Assembly: GCA_964234715.1 (NCBI GenBank)
Contig: OZ174285.1
DNA length: 64,000 bases
From: Podarcis melisellensis
Lineage: Eukaryota
Reading direction: 5' to 3' (one strand)
Position numbers and translations under genes: made by a program
Part shown: piece by piece, positions 1 to 14,211 of the stretch
Position numbering within the stretch: position 1 is the first letter of the stretch
Layout: every line of letters begins with the position of its first letter
Notes under the pieces: generated by a model
Told to the model about the DNA's origin: nothing
The model's database searches: none
The model's input: the letters and a program-made list of their open reading frames with translations, nothing else

Positions 1-616
1 GTTTTCTACTTGCAGGGATATTTATTTCCATAAATCACACCCCAATCTTTCCTTCAAGATCAAGGCAGCGTACATGGTTCTTCCCCTTTCCCCTCCATAA
101 CAACCCTATGAGATGGCTGTGTGGGGATTTGAACCTTGGTGTCTTAATTAATACACTGCATTGTCTTTTTAAGGAGGGATGCATTTCCTCACCTGCAGCC
201 TGAAGTGGTACAGTTCATTCTATTGCCAGATGTAGAGTGCTGAATCCTGCCACCAGATCCCTGGTGGGGAACCACATCGTATTTCAATACGGAAATATAA
301 TGCAAATTTAATTTCAGCCCAGGTTTGAGAGGGTCTACTCCACCACCACTCGCTCAAGGCTTCTCCTGGCTCCAGGAACCTGTTTTCAGGGTCAAAAGTC
401 AGTCGTCGAAACTGTTATGTAATATGTAAGAAAAGAATATCTGAGCATGCACAAAAGGCGCCCCGATAACTATCTGAGATGAGGATGCTCAACTCCCAAG
501 TAAAAAAATAAGTGCGTCCTCTAGGCAGGTTTCAGACCCCGAACGTATCAGTTTGAAAAGCGGGTCAAGACGGGAAAGGAGACGAGGTTGTAGCAAACGG
601 CTTCTCCAACCCGGAC

Positions 617-636
617 CAGAGAGAGAGAGAGAGAGA
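617..636. repeat. (GA)n microsatellite
   Basis: Direct reading. Confidence 0.9.
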
Positions 637-929
637 CGCACACAATCGCCTGTCCGTGCTGATAGGTAAATTCAATTTGACGAAATAAATAAATAAAATC
701 AACTGTCATTAGCTTCCATTTTATTTAGGGGAAGGGGGTCAAAGGAAGGGGGGAAGAAAACCAAGAAAGGCCCTGCGCGCTAATTGGAAACGGATACCGG
801 AACGACCTAATGATGTTGGATTGCTGAGGGTTTTTTAATGCGTTAATACGATTCATTATTTCCAAAAGTGACTTCAACGAGGCCGAGATATTACCTTAGC
901 TAATACATTTTGCTGTCCCGAGCAACCCC

Positions 930-1870
930 TGACCCCGGGGACTGGCCTTGCAGGAAGTTGGGGAAGGCGGCGGGCGGGGGAAGCAGCGGCAGGCGTGGCC
1001 GAGGGAGAAGCGGGCAGGCCCCGGCGGCAGCGCTTTCCCCTCCCCTTCCTTCCTCCGGTTGCCTCCTCTTTCCCCTTGGTTGTTGATTATTAGTATTTTC
1101 CTAGTTTTCCAAACTAATAAGTGCCACTATCAGGCAGTTGGAAGCTCTCAGAGGCTGCAGANNNNNNNNNNNNNNNNNNNNNNNNNNNNNNNNNNNNNNN
1201 NNNNNNNNNNNNNNNNNNNNNNNNNNNNNNNNNNNNNNNNNNNNNNNNNNNNNNNNNNNNNNNNNNNNNNNNNNNNNNNNNNNNNNNNNNNNNNNNNNNN
1301 NNNNNNNNNNNNNNNNNNNNNNNNNNNNNNNNNNNNNNNNNNNNNNNNNNNNNNNNNNNNNNNNNNNNNNNNNNNNNNNNNNNNNNNNNNNNNNNNNNNN
1401 NNNNNNNNNNNNNNNNNNNNNGGAGAACTGGGCATGTGCTGCAAGGAAACTTGTCTCCGAGCCATTTGCCTGCAGCAACGGGGCTCCTCCATGCAACAGC
1501 GGCTGCCCACGGCAACTGGAGCTCCTGCCAAGCCCTTGCAGAGGGTCAGGAAGGCGGGCGCTGATGGCAGAGGAAATGCGCTGGATGGAGCCAAGGCCGG
1601 GCTCGTCCGTCCGCGGCTCACGGACCCCATTTTCTCCCCATTTACAAAGCAGCAGATCCACAAGTTTGTGATTTATCTCTGTCCGCCAGGCCGGCCAAAG
1701 TCGTGCATTTTCTACCCTGCTCCGGCAGAGGGCGTGCGCACGAGTTACTATCGGGCCACCGCTGGTTGATTTGGGCGAAAGAAGAGCCGCTGGGGTTTAA
1801 AGCTTGAGAGCAAGACCTTGACCCTCGTCCTGGAGGACGGGGAGATGGCGGCTGCCCCGGGGCAGTGGAG
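930..1870. promoter_or_regulatory. CpG-rich island surrounding masked block 1
   Basis: High GC and CpG density compared with the CpG-depleted 3.6-7 kb background; no recognisable protein in any frame. Confidence 0.6.
1162..1421. other. N block, 260 nt (probable masked conserved element)
   Basis: Run of N; unique non-repetitive flanks; length 4 mod 8, like all other blocks. Confidence 0.6.
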
Positions 1871-2724
1871 GCTTGCCTATTAGGGTAGATGGACCACTGC
1901 CCAACCAATTTCCTTGATTCAACCAAGCCCACCTGCTCCCTCTTTTTAAAAAAGAACAGTCCAGAGGGTGGCCATTGGCTGTCTGCTAACTCTTCCTTAG
2001 TTCTCACTTTTGCTTTTGGAGAGAGAGACAGGGACAAAAATAGAATTACAGTAGTTGGCTCTGCCTGTCATTTGCTCTGGCTCCCCCTACTGTTGACCTC
2101 CCTGTCTTCCACTCTAGTGGTTCTGCTGACACTGCCCTGGTGCGAAAGGCATGGGCTGCAACTCCTATCATGCCTGGCTATTGGCCATGTTGGTTGCAGC
2201 AGATGGGAGATGACATCCAACAGCATATTGGGGGCCACCCATGTTTAAAGGTACACATTGCTTCAGTGCTAACAGGGCTGACTCCTGTCACTGAATACAA
2301 ACCAAGCCAAATTATCATTAAAAGAAAGCTGTTTGCTTTCCTCCAGCTTCTTGGAGGAAGGGTAGAATATAAAGAGTAATAAATAAAATATCTGCTTCTC
2401 CCTTCTTGCCATTGCTGAGCTGTCATCATAGTGTAGCATTTATTATGGGGATGTAGATTTCAATCTGTATTGTCTTTGTTATCATAATAAATGCAGAACG
2501 GTCAGCAATGGTAAGTGGAATGATGACTAATAAAGGAAGACTAGTGAACATTGATATGTTTATTACAATTTATATTTTGCCTTTCTTCCAATGAGCTCAA
2601 GGTGGTATTCATGGGTCTCCGCTTTTTATCATCAAATCAATCCTGTGAGGTCGGTTAGCCTGTAGCCCTATGCAGGTCTACTCAGAAGCGAGCCCAATAT
2701 ATGCTCCTAAATAGGCATACAGTA

Positions 2725-2878
2725 CAGTGGTACCTCGGATGTCAGACATAATCCATTCCAGAAAACCGTTCAACTTCCGAAATGTTTGACAACCGAGGCA
2801 CAAAGTCATTGGAAAAAATGGGGGGGGGACACAGAAGCTGTTCGACTTCCGAGATGCTCGAAAATCGAGGTACCACTG
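2725..2878. mobile_element. Tc1/mariner (Tigger-like) MITE
   Basis: TIRs CAGTGGTACCTCG / CGAGGTACCACTG, flanked by TA on both sides (2723-2724, 2879-2880). Confidence 0.85.
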
Positions 2879-3155
2879 TATATTGGACCAGCCTTAGTGA
2901 GATTTTTGGCCGAGTAGGAATTTGGACATAGATGCCGCTGGTCCAGCACAAACTATTATAATACCTCACTGGCTCAGGTCAACTTCTTCCTTACATACTC
3001 CTAGATCACTGGTGTAGTTTTAAGCCTAAAGCTGCAATCCAATGCAGACCCTTGGGAGTAAGTTCCTTTGAACTCGGTGGGACTTATTTCTGAGGAAGCA
3101 TGCTAAGAATCATGATGCATGGGCCCAAGTTATGATTCAAGATATCCCTGCTTTA

Positions 3156-3490
3156 AAAAGGTAAAGGGACCCCTGATCATTAGGTCCAGTCACGGAAGAC
3201 CCTGCGGTTGCGGCGCTCATCTTGCTTTATCAGCCAAGGGAGCCGGCATACAGCTTCCGGGTCATGTGGCCAGCATGACTAAGCCGCTTCTAGTGAACCA
3301 GAGCAGTGCATGGAAACACCGTTTACCTTCCCACCGGAGCGGTACCTATTTATGTATTTCGTGCTTTCAAACTGCTAGGTTGGCAGGAGCAGGGACCGAG
3401 CAACGGGAGCTCACCCTGTTGCGGGGATTCGAACCGCCGACCTTCTGATCGGCAAGCCCTGGGCTCTGTGGTTTAACCCACAGCGCCACC
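3156..3490 (-). mobile_element. Sauria SINE, near full length
   Basis: The reverse complement has the tRNA-like head (ggtggcgctgtgggttaaaccacagag...ggttcgaatcccc) and a ccctttacct tail. Flanking direct repeat CCTGCTTTA (3147-3155, 3489-3497). Homologous to 51146-51493. Confidence 0.9.
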
Positions 3491-6400
3491 TGCTTTACTC
3501 TGCCACAAACCAACTAAGGGGTCTTATGCAAGCTATTCTTTCTTATGCTTAGGCTGTAATCTTAACTTTACTTAACTGAGAGTAAGCCCCATTGAATTGT
3601 ATAGGATTGACCTGTGAGTATACTTCATTAGGACTGCACCATTAGCTGAGCTTATTCCCCAGTGTATGTCTTCAGAATTGCAGACTTGGAGTATCCAAAG
3701 CACTTCACATATACAGTAGATTCCAATTGGATAATACACAATATGCTTTGAATACTCTCAGGCTGTGGTTCTCAAGACATGAGGGATTAAGTGCTCCATT
3801 GAAAACTATTGGACTTAACTTCTAAGTAAACAGACATAGAATTGTGTGGTAAAGCACTATGTGCATCTCAGGCTGGCCCAAAGGACTTTGCAACCTGTAG
3901 TGGAACGACAAATTGCTCCCTTTCTCCCCAAGGTATCTAGTACCCAACGCCAGACAAGTATTTTCAAAAGCTGAGAGAAAATTCCACAGATGCCCAGCAC
4001 TAGCAATAAAAATGCAGTAATAATAATTAACCACCCCTTCATGACACCCAAAATCAACTGTCTGAGATGGCCACCTCACTTTGCCAAGTGGTAAAGCTTG
4101 CTGCTTGCCCTATAGATAAATTCTAAGTAGCACCAGTGGTGGTGTTAGTCTCTAGCTGTAAGTCTGCCAAGGACAATGGCTCCTCGTCCATCTTAACAAC
4201 CTTTACCAAGATGAGCTGCTTAGAATATCTGCAATGTAGATGTGAATTATGTTCTTCGGGGGGGGGTTAAGGTCTACCCTGTCTGTTATTCCTTTGCCGT
4301 ATTCTAATTACCCCTTTAGAAGTATTTACAAATATGGAATGGTTTATAAATGTGTGTGTCATTTGTGTGTAGGAGTCACTTTAATCTTCTGTGTATCACT
4401 CCAATTTTAGTGTGATGCCAAAACAAGCACCTCTTTTGGGATTATTTCTTAAGTGTTTGCTCTGCACACCACACATTTGTGTGCACACTCCTGCTTGCTC
4501 TGCATCCAGTGTGTTCCTGCCACTGGTTTTTGAATTGTTGTACACACAGCTTTAGCCACAGTCCATATCTATCCCGTCCTTTCTTAGGAAATGTTGTTTT
4601 GATATGTGTTTCTACAACTGAGAAAAAGAACAAGCTAGCAGATTTTTAATATGGCAATGTGTACACGGCCATCATCTCAGTACTAAGGTATGCCAGTGTT
4701 ATTAATAACCTATTTACATAAAGTTTCCTGAAGCAAGGAATAGTGGTCAACATAATACCTGATCCACCAGGCATTTAAACATTGATACAACCAGTGTCTC
4801 TATTAACAACCTCCTATTTTTTCTTGCCTGGGACTTCAAAAACAAGGAGAACATGTGACTGGATCACATATTGTGTAAGCCTGGCCTAAAGTCACCCAGT
4901 ATATTCATGGCAGATCTGATATTTGAAATGGGAATTTCCAGATCAGAGCTCTTGATCTTAATCACCATAATCTCTCTCATATTTGTCCTCAAAGTTATAA
5001 TACTGTGAATACTGTTGTTTCTGTATGACCAGGTCTAAGAGCATCCCTCTTATTTGCTAAACTAAACTTGTACTATGCTGCTAAAAGTGATATTTCAAAT
5101 GTACTTGAAGTATTGGAAATCTTTTAACTTTATAAATTCTTTATAAAATTTATAAAGTTATAAATAACTTTGATTTATGGTCACCAATCTAAGCAATACC
5201 CGTTATTATTCATCATTTCATGTATATAGTAATTTTGGCATACATACTTTGACACAATTTTGTTGATATATCCAGAAACGTTTATCTCATTGTTTATAGT
5301 TGATTTTAAATTTTATGTAATTGTTGCATGTCATAAAGTCTAATGTAAACAAAGCTAGATCTCAATGCAACCATGTTAAATAGTTTTTATTAATTTTCAT
5401 TTAAAAACTATGTTTAAAAAAATAGAGTGCCATGGGTCATGCCAGTAGAGTGTATAACTCTTAGAGGAAACAAATCAGGGAGTGTAGTGTAGGATTGTCA
5501 CTGGATGGTAGAAATAGGGTGAGAAATAGAATTTGGTTTGGGACAGTAAGCAAAGTGATGCTAGGTTGGTCAATGAAACCATTCCTAGAATCATAGATTT
5601 TAGAGGGAGGCCTACTCTCTCACTACAGTATAGGACCCCAACCTAAGGCCTGCCAAGGGATGTGACCTTACTCTCCTCATTTAGGCTCTGTTACATTTTT
5701 CTGCACTTATTATTATATAGCCCTATAGTGTACATAGTGCTTTACAAAGACAACAATCACCATTTTCATGAGCTGGGAACAGAAGGTAGATATTGGCAGC
5801 CTTTGCCAAACTGGGGTCCTCCAAATCTTTTGGACCATAACTCCCATCAGCCCCAGCTCAGCACCCATACTATGTTAACTGTAAATTAACTTTGCCCTAA
5901 TAGAGCAGCCCTCTAGCCCACATTACATTAAAATAAGACTTCAGTTACTCATATATAACAGGTACCCCAGTTAACTTTTGTGAATTAATCACCTGAATTA
6001 CCATGCAACCAAGGGGTAAAAACAATGTGTATGCAAAACCTTCTGAAGCCCTTTTTACCAGACATCAAACAGCTACTATTCTAATTTTCTGATTTGTTTT
6101 TTAAAAACAAGAACCATAAACACGCTGGTCATTTTGGAACAATAGCTAAAAATCACAGAGCCATTACTGTCCATTAAAATCCTGTTTACAGTTCAATGGA
6201 GGTTCATATGGATTGCCCATCCTTCATAGAGGGAAGGAAGGGGTGGGTGGGAAGAGATTTATAATCTTCTAAGGGTCTCTAAACCCTTTCCAGTCTTTGA
6301 CAGCCTTAAGGCTGGGTGCACAAATTGTGGGAAAGGGAGGAGGGAAATCATATTTAATTGTGGGAATGGGGATTAAATAAGTAGCTGTTGGATGCCCTGA

Positions 6401-7419
6401 TTTCTATTTGATCAATAAATCATCAAGTGTCTTAAGTGCTGTATTCACTATTAAATTAAATGAAAAATACTTTAACCTGCCTCCCTTGTGTCAGCAGATA
6501 AAGCTAATAATATTTTTCGGTTATATTTCAATTTAGGTATTTAAGTGCATCAAACACCATGGGACATTTTTTTTCCTTGGAATAAATAGAAAATGGCCTT
6601 CAAGTTTAAATGTGGAAAAAATATTTTCTAGTGAAGAGAGCTGTTTAAATAGAGTATGTACATGGGTTAATATATTTAAATGGTACATTAACAGGCAGGC
6701 AACCCAACGTGTTTACACTTAAAAGGAAATTTCAGAGGGAGGTGATGCTGCTGAGCTTTGTATGGCACAAGCAGCGCTTTTCAGTTAGGAGTCTCAGCGC
6801 TCAGAGCTACACTTTAAGTAACCTTTTCTCTAAATGTTTACCCTTTCCTTTTGTTTTCACCTCTAAATTAAGTTTACTTTTAACTCTTTCTTCTCAAGCG
6901 TTCCATTCCTCCAGGCTTCTCTTATCCTGACAGACCAAGGGCGAGTAAATCTATCTAAGTGTCATCTCTCAGGGGCTTACACTACAAATACTATTCTCTT
7001 TCTCCCCCCGCCTTTTTCAGATGATCAATATCCCTGCCCCCCAGCACGAGGAAAAAACTCGCGCGCGTATCTTCTAACGTGTATACGCATTAGCACTTAG
7101 GGACGCACATCTGGGTCATGTGGTCACTTTATCTATTTTTCATAGGACTTTTCCTACATTGCAGGAGGGTGTGTACTTGCGTGTGAAAAAAAATATTAGA
7201 TGAGGCTTTCAATTCTTAGGGGGATCCGGTCAAACTCACCGGCATTTTTATAAGCGTATACTCGGTAGGAGGCCAAACAAATAAACATAAAAATGAGTTT
7301 CAACATGTTTTGGGGCCTCACAGATCCCAGGGAGGAAAGCGAGAGCCGAATCGTTTTAGAGTGATGTCAACTTTCCCCTAATTTTAATGCCGATCTGCTT
7401 TTATATGTAAGAGATCTCG

Positions 7420-8170
7420 CTCGCCTTCTTTCCCCTCTAGCGGTAATAACCTGACGCTGCCCTAAAATCGCGATCGAATGATATCGGTGAGGTTTAATTG
7501 CCAACTTAGCATCTCCGTCACACCTCCCAGCCCATTAGACGCTGCAGCCTCACCTGGTTCTACGGGCGAGCTCAGCGGCCTCGACGGCCAGAGCCTGATT
7601 ATACAGCCAAGCTGCTAATTTAGCGAACCGCCCTTTCGAGGGAGGCCTTGATGGACGCCACACGCCGGAATCAGGCGCGCGCTCCGAGGAGGGGCCGGCG
7701 TGGCGCCGCTGCTCCCCGCCCGCCCGCCGCCGCCTCCCTGCAGAATGAGAAGCGGGGAATTAGCCGAGGTGTGGGCAGGCAGGGAGCCGAGCAATTAGCG
7801 CCGAGCGGCCGCCGGGGGGACAGCAGGGGAGGCGCCCGGGCCGCACTCTGCTGCAAAGGGCAAGGCGGCGGCCGGCCAGGCTCTGCGCCAGAACGGCAGC
7901 CGCGGCGCCTGGCCTCCCGGACCCTCTGCCCTCTGTCGGGAGGGCGGCGTAAAGCCGAGGCCGAGCAAGACTAGCAGCAGCAGCAGCAAGCCGGCGGGTG
8001 ACGTGTTTCCCACCCCGGCAAGACTCTAAAATAGCAGGCGCGGGGAAACCCTGAGAGGCAGAGGCCTTTAACCCTTCGCTCCCAGGGCGCTGGAAGAAAA
8101 GGCTTTCATCTGGGAGAGCGGGAGCTTCCCCTGCCCCCCCCCAGCAAATATCTGGCGCAGGGTGGCGAGA
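7420..8170. promoter_or_regulatory. CpG island without an evident coding exon
   Basis: Very GC/CpG-rich, with several TAAT/ATTA cores; ORFs are low-complexity Arg/Gly/Ala/Pro. Confidence 0.7.
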
Positions 8171-8289
8171 GGGAAAGGTTAAAGCCCCACCCTCCCTTTC
8201 AAGGGTTCTGACCCGGGTGAGGGGGATCCCTGCGACTTTCTTCTTTAACCTTTAAGAAGCCGTCAGCAGACATGGCAGCTGCTAGTTTG

Positions 8290-8365
8290 TCATAGAATCA
8301 TAGCATTGTAGAATAGGAAGGGACCCAGAGGGTCATCTAGTCCAACCCCCTGCAATGATGGAATC
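8290..8365 (-). mobile_element. CR1 LINE 3' end fragment
   Basis: catagaatcatag...gggtcatctagtccaaccccctgcaatg is the reverse complement of the CR1 tail seen at 57560-57621. Confidence 0.8.
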
Positions 8366-9075
8366 TCTTCCCCCCCCCCCGCCCCTTGACCCACACCACC
8401 TAGAGTTGAGTATAGAACGAGATATCCGAATCCCAGACACACCAGCAGTTCTTTGGGGCAGATTAATGTATATGATGTCTATAATCTACGAACTGCACAC
8501 TTACACCCCCCCACACACACATGACATGTAACTGTGATGATATGTGTGGGAATGTTTGTTATATTCTGATAAATATTGAATGTGCAAAGACCCCACAGAT
8601 GGTCATCCATGTATTATGGTGTCCCTAATATGCAATGTACAAGTGTGTGTTCTGAATCTGTACAGAATCTTATAGTGCACACATGCAGTAAACGAATATA
8701 CAGTGCTTAATTCAGGCATTTTTGCATTCCAGGCCACTTTATGTCTCTCATGAAGCAGACTATAGACCACAAGAGCTCAGGCCCCAATCAATCTTCCAAG
8801 TGTCACAATAATTTTGCTAGCTTTTGCTGCAACAAGCCAATGTGGCTAATCTTCGGCAGTATGTGTGATGGGTGCCTATTATCATGCAATAACTACTGTA
8901 TGTGCAAAATTTGATGTGTGTACAACAGAGAAATGCATACTTCATGCATGCATGATACTGGCATGCAGTCTATGCATGGGTGTATCTATAAACACATGTA
9001 TTACATGTGGTCAATATGCATATTATATATATGCATTATGTACTATGTATAAAATAGAGAGCACACTATATAATA

Positions 9076-9076
<1 letters not shown>

Positions 9077-9105
<29 letters not shown>
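9077..9105. repeat. (TTGA)n tetranucleotide repeat
   Basis: Direct reading. Confidence 0.9.
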
Positions 9106-9106
<1 letters not shown>

Positions 9107-9879
9107 CCTGCCTATGAACTCAGAACAGGACTTCTTATCCCACCAGCACTGGGAAGTCCAAGATCAATAGGGAAGATGGTGATTTGCCCAATGCAATATG
9201 CACATTTGAGGGCTGTGAGGGATTAGTATCCTGGATGTGAATCCACATTCCATCCACTAAGGCTACTCTGGCATTGTGTATGTGCATTTATATGAGCCAT
9301 TAATATAACAGATGTTCATATTACATACATATATAACAGTTTGCATAATTCCATTTTGGTGTGTCCATGTGTGTAGCATCAGCATCTGTATCACGCAAAT
9401 AACCCCAGCCTGTGCATGTAATGCGTTTAGTCGAACAGATGTTGATATGCAACTTGCCCGCTTATTCCAGGTGGGTAATCAAGGAGCCCTCTCCAATGTA
9501 CCAGCAAACCCTTTATGCAAGTGGCTCTCCTTGTATGTCTGTTGCAGATAAAGATACATTAATGGGCCAGGCACCCATTATTATTGTATAGGCAGGCACA
9601 AATAATGGGGAATGTGCACACATGACCATAGAGCATTGTTAATGATGTACACCAGCGATCTAAGATATACTTCATATCCATTTCAGTTTGTAGATAATTT
9701 TGCTACGTTACCCTCCCGTTTTTGTTTGTGGTGTGTGTGTGTGTGTGTGTTCGTTCTCCGGGTGCCTCACTCTTCCTTCCGGACTGTAATCACAAGGGTA
9801 AATATTGGTCGGGAGGCAATATAGGTTTATGGCCCAAATGTGTGTGTAAACGCTTGAATCTAGGACTAACCTATATTTA

Positions 9880-10650
9880 TTTGGTGCTCCGGGCAGCCAG
9901 TGGAAGCTGGAGGTGCGCATCTTTGCAACACAAAAGACCATGGAGCAAGCGGGTGTCTCCCCGCCCCCCCGCCCCTCCCCCTCGCTGGGCACAATGGCGA
10001 AGGAATCGCAGGACCGGCGCAAATGCACTTCGCCAAGCGCTTTCCCTGGGAGTTGCTTTGGGCATTTCTTGGAGCCTTTGGCAGCGGACCACTTTTCGGG
10101 GGGAGAGTGGGGGGTTATAGATTTCTCCCGAGCACCCGCCCTCCTTCTCCTCGCCGTCCTATATTTCTATATTCATCTGATGGGCGATGGTGGCGTTATT
10201 AATTGTAGCCGCGCCTTTGCTTGCTCTTTGCGAGAGCAGCGCTCTAAATTGGCTCTAATAAATATTAGCCGCTAGATTAGGCGAGGTGAAGCTGGCGCGG
10301 CGCTCCATTTTCGACCTGTAGCCTCTGCAAAGCCGCCAGTTCTGCGCCAGATTAGCCCCATCCATCCAGTGTCAATGGTTGTCTTGTTGAGAAAATCAGT
10401 GAGTAAACACGGCTGACAGAGAGGGGGCTCAGCTGATTACTCATACAAATAGACTGCAAACTCCTCCAGGAGAAGCTGTTTCCAGAGATGGGTTTCTCGC
10501 ATTGACAGCGCGCCTTCTCCCAGGATCGTGTGTCCTGCTGTTCCCACTTTGTCCTCCATCAATCACACAATTGTGTCCGGGATGTTTTATAGAGTCACTT
10601 AATATCCCTGCCTTCATCTCTATTCACTTAGAGAATGATCTGCCATAAGG
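9880..10650. promoter_or_regulatory. CpG-rich candidate conserved enhancer
   Basis: CpG-rich unique sequence with clustered TAAT/GATTA, TGACA and ATCAAT motifs. Confidence 0.45.
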
Positions 10651-10662
10651 GGGAAAGGCTTT

Positions 10663-10666
<4 letters not shown>

Positions 10667-10731
<65 letters not shown>
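10667..10731. repeat. (CT)n microsatellite
   Basis: Direct reading; explains the ERER/SLSL ORFs in the track. Confidence 0.95.
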
Positions 10732-10737
<6 letters not shown>

Positions 10738-13700
10738 CCCCCCACAGACAAACCCGGGCCACAATAGCTCTGGTGGGGGAAACGCAGCCAATCGGGGGAA
10801 GCCGGGAAAATCTTGCCCGGCTTTCTGATGCAAATATATCAAACCATCCATGAGATATTTCAATTCCAGCCAACCCTGTGGTTTACATGTCGCCCGCTAT
10901 TTCTTTATTGTCTGGTGTTATTACATTACCTCCAGCTTCTCATAATCACCTGGGGTAAGAAAAACAAAATTGGGGGGGGGGAGGAGGAGAAAAGATTACT
11001 GGTTGAGAAGGGAAATGCTAAAGCTACATTGCACCTTCACACACACACAAATAGCATGAAATATACAGAGAGAATCTGATCTGTTATTACCATCCATTAG
11101 CATCCCAGTTTGGGTTTTAAGTTGTTTAACTGACTCGAATTTAACTGGTTAATGGTTCAATTAGTCGCTTGATTTGAGAATCTCAATAGTGGGGCAAGTG
11201 GAAGGTATAAAAAGAAGCGGAGAGTTTCTCTCGCCTAAATGAGGCAAGCGAATAATGCATGGCTTGCGAGGAATCACCTTCAGCGCATTTCTCGAAACCA
11301 GAGGTGAAGTCAGCCTGACAACGGTGCCACCAACATCGTACTCGTCCGATTAAAAGTCGCTTTTGAAGATTGCTTCCTTAAGCACGCTTAGCTGAAAGGA
11401 GGCTTCCTTGAAATCAATTGGACTGGCTTGAAAGTTTGGTGTTGGGTGTGTGCTGCTTTTTCCTTTTTGTTAATTTGTGGCTGTCAATGGATTCCTTACT
11501 CCCAGTCACTTAGTAAAAAGGACCCCAACACACAATTCCAAAGTAAATTCCGATTAGGTGCATCGGGCTTGTTTACAAGTAAATCTATTAAGAATCAGGT
11601 CTTTAAAGTTACATAACAGTAACTGGCATAATTTATGGAATGGGCTTGGGTAACTCCAGTTACAGCGCTCTCATCAGTCTTTTAAACATTTGACAGCAGC
11701 CCAAGACCAAAAGACCTGGTTTAACTGGATTAGTGGACGCAGTAAGTGAAGTTCAACATCAAAATATAAAAAGTTTCAGATAGACTGTACTGTAAAATTG
11801 CGACGGGTCCCATAATCCAGTTAAAACAATGCACTTAGTATAATGATAGTATAGTAGTTTCCATGAGTGCGCATTTTCTTCGCAACTGCTTTGTCCCTGT
11901 CCTGTTCTTACTGCCATATTGAAATAAGCATCACCATCACGTTTCCCTTGTAACTAGAATGGCCAGCCGGTCTAAGACGGCCTTGAATGCTGGAGAATGT
12001 TAAAGACAAGCGAAGGAGTTACAAGGTATTACTGTTGAAGTGCCTCATCTGCAAATTAGATTGCTACACAATTAATCAGAAAGTTAATTAATGAGCAAGT
12101 TACTAATTAGGACAATTTAAAACCGATGTTTATAGAGTCTTACTTTAAAAAAAATAAAAATACCAGCCAGCTAATTGGCCCATACCTTGGTTTCATAACT
12201 CATCACCAAGGTTATAATGCTACAGATGTTTTGTTTATTATGTAACACAAGGCAATTATGTCAGTATTATATTGGGCGCATCGTGAATCAATCTTGGAAA
12301 TTTTGTTATCACTTTAAAGGCTGATATTTCTTAAAATAATAGAGAGAGGAGTATAACTAGGGAGGAGGTGGTTATTTTTCGTCACTCTCTCCAGAGACCC
12401 GACAAAGCCTGAATCTTTACCTGCTACAGCTTCCTGCAATACACACAAGCAGCTAGAAAGAGAGTAAGTCACGTTTCGCTGAGGTAAATAGCCAAATTAC
12501 TACTGATATCGTAATAAGGGCTCTTGGATTTCCTCAAGTAAGTGGGCATTGAGCAGTAGGGCAGACTAGATGTCCTTTAAGTTTCCTCCAAACGCTAATT
12601 CAACCATGATATGATTGTAAGTCTCTGTGACATACTCCCAGGTATTCTGCCTACTCCCTTGGCGATTCTGGAGAATCAGCGTTTTGTTAATGGGTGATAT
12701 AGAAATTATTTTACATTCAATCTTATTAGCTCATGGTGTTTTGTAAAAAAAAAATGTTCTCTCCATATTTGCGATAAAATATCCAAAACAAACAAAAACA
12801 AACAGACAAACCCGAGAACAAGAAAGATAATTTAAAAAGCAAACAAACCACTAACATCTCTACCCTTTAAATGGGTGGTGGAACATAACTAGCTAAAATA
12901 AACGTATCGATGTGTAAGGACTGGGTAAGATTCAATACCTGTGAAATAATGTCGATATAACTCCTTAAAACTAGGGATGAGAGGAATTAAGACTTATGAA
13001 ATGCATAAAACTATGGTGGCAGCAGACCCAATAGTGAGTTTATTTTCCAAATATCCTGAATGGGGGGGGGGGAGAGAATCGCGTTTACCTGAATACCTAT
13101 AAAATTCGTGAAGACTTTAAACTTTAAATATAAGGACAAACTCCACAAAGCCTGTGTGTGTGTTTGAGCATCCACGTCAGACTTCAGTAGAAAATGACCT
13201 TTATTGTTTTTAGTGGAAGGAGCGCATGAGCGCAGGCGCTGCCGCCGACTTGCCTTTGCGTTTGCTCTGTGGCGAGGCGAAGACATGACAGCAAGCCCCC
13301 ATTGTCTGTTAGGTCCCCAAATACTGATTAATTCTGTGCGCTGTAATGGCTCAGGTGTGTGTATCCTCAAACTGTACCGACCGCTTGTCTAACCCTCATC
13401 TCCTTGCACCAAGCCTTCCTTCTCCATCCTCTTAAACACAGAAGCCAATGATTCCTACGAACTCAGCAATATACAACCCCAGTACATTTACTCCACAGTC
13501 CTTCCCGTAAAGGCAATGAAACAGCGACGAACTAAAATCTACCACGCCAGAATCAGGTCGATCTTCCACTCAAAACAAAACAAAAAATGTAATCAATGAA
13601 CCCCCTTGAAGTTTTGGGGAGAGCTGTTTTTGCTCCCTCCCCTTAATGCAAATATTTTAAAATTTGCTGAGCTATACCAAGTTTCTCATAAGCAAGTAGA

Positions 13701-14211
13701 GTTAAAGTCTTGTGCAGAGGACTTGCTTCCCTGTAGTTTGGGAGGTGGGTATATTTCATTCGCAGGGTTGGGGCCAAGTGTGGCTTTCGGCATTCACAAT
13801 TCTGCCTCGCTTTCTCTAAACAAGGCCAAATGCATGTATGTGTTCTCCAGGAATCTTGTTAATCATTCTGACTGGGGCATAACACGTTCGCACGTGTGTT
13901 TGTGTGTGTGTATGGAGGAGGTTATACCTGAATTAGCTCTCCTGCTGCGGGTGGGTAGGGGAGAGACGAGAACTAAGCCGAATTATTTAGGGGCGTTTCT
14001 GGACAGTGTATATCGAGCTGCCTATTTTAGAAATCGGCATTATAAGTAGTTCCGGGTCACCATTCGCTAGTGTAGTTCAAGTTGCTGCTCCTTAGCAGTT
14101 GTTTGGAGCGCCATAACGCACCCAAACAACTCCTGGCAATCTCATCTTCAACCATGAGGAGTACATATAGGTAATTTTTAATGAAGAGGTTCCTGTACCA
14201 CGTTATTAGCA

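Noticed and set aside
948-1769. 273-aa ORF and overlapping ORFs across block 1, with an acceptor-like ttttcctAG near 1104
   Set aside because: The length is an artefact of N codons, and the visible peptide matches no family I recognise. A masked coding exon cannot be fully excluded.
7648-8013. GC-rich ORFs in the CpG island
   Set aside because: Stop-codon scarcity from high GC content; no homology recognised.
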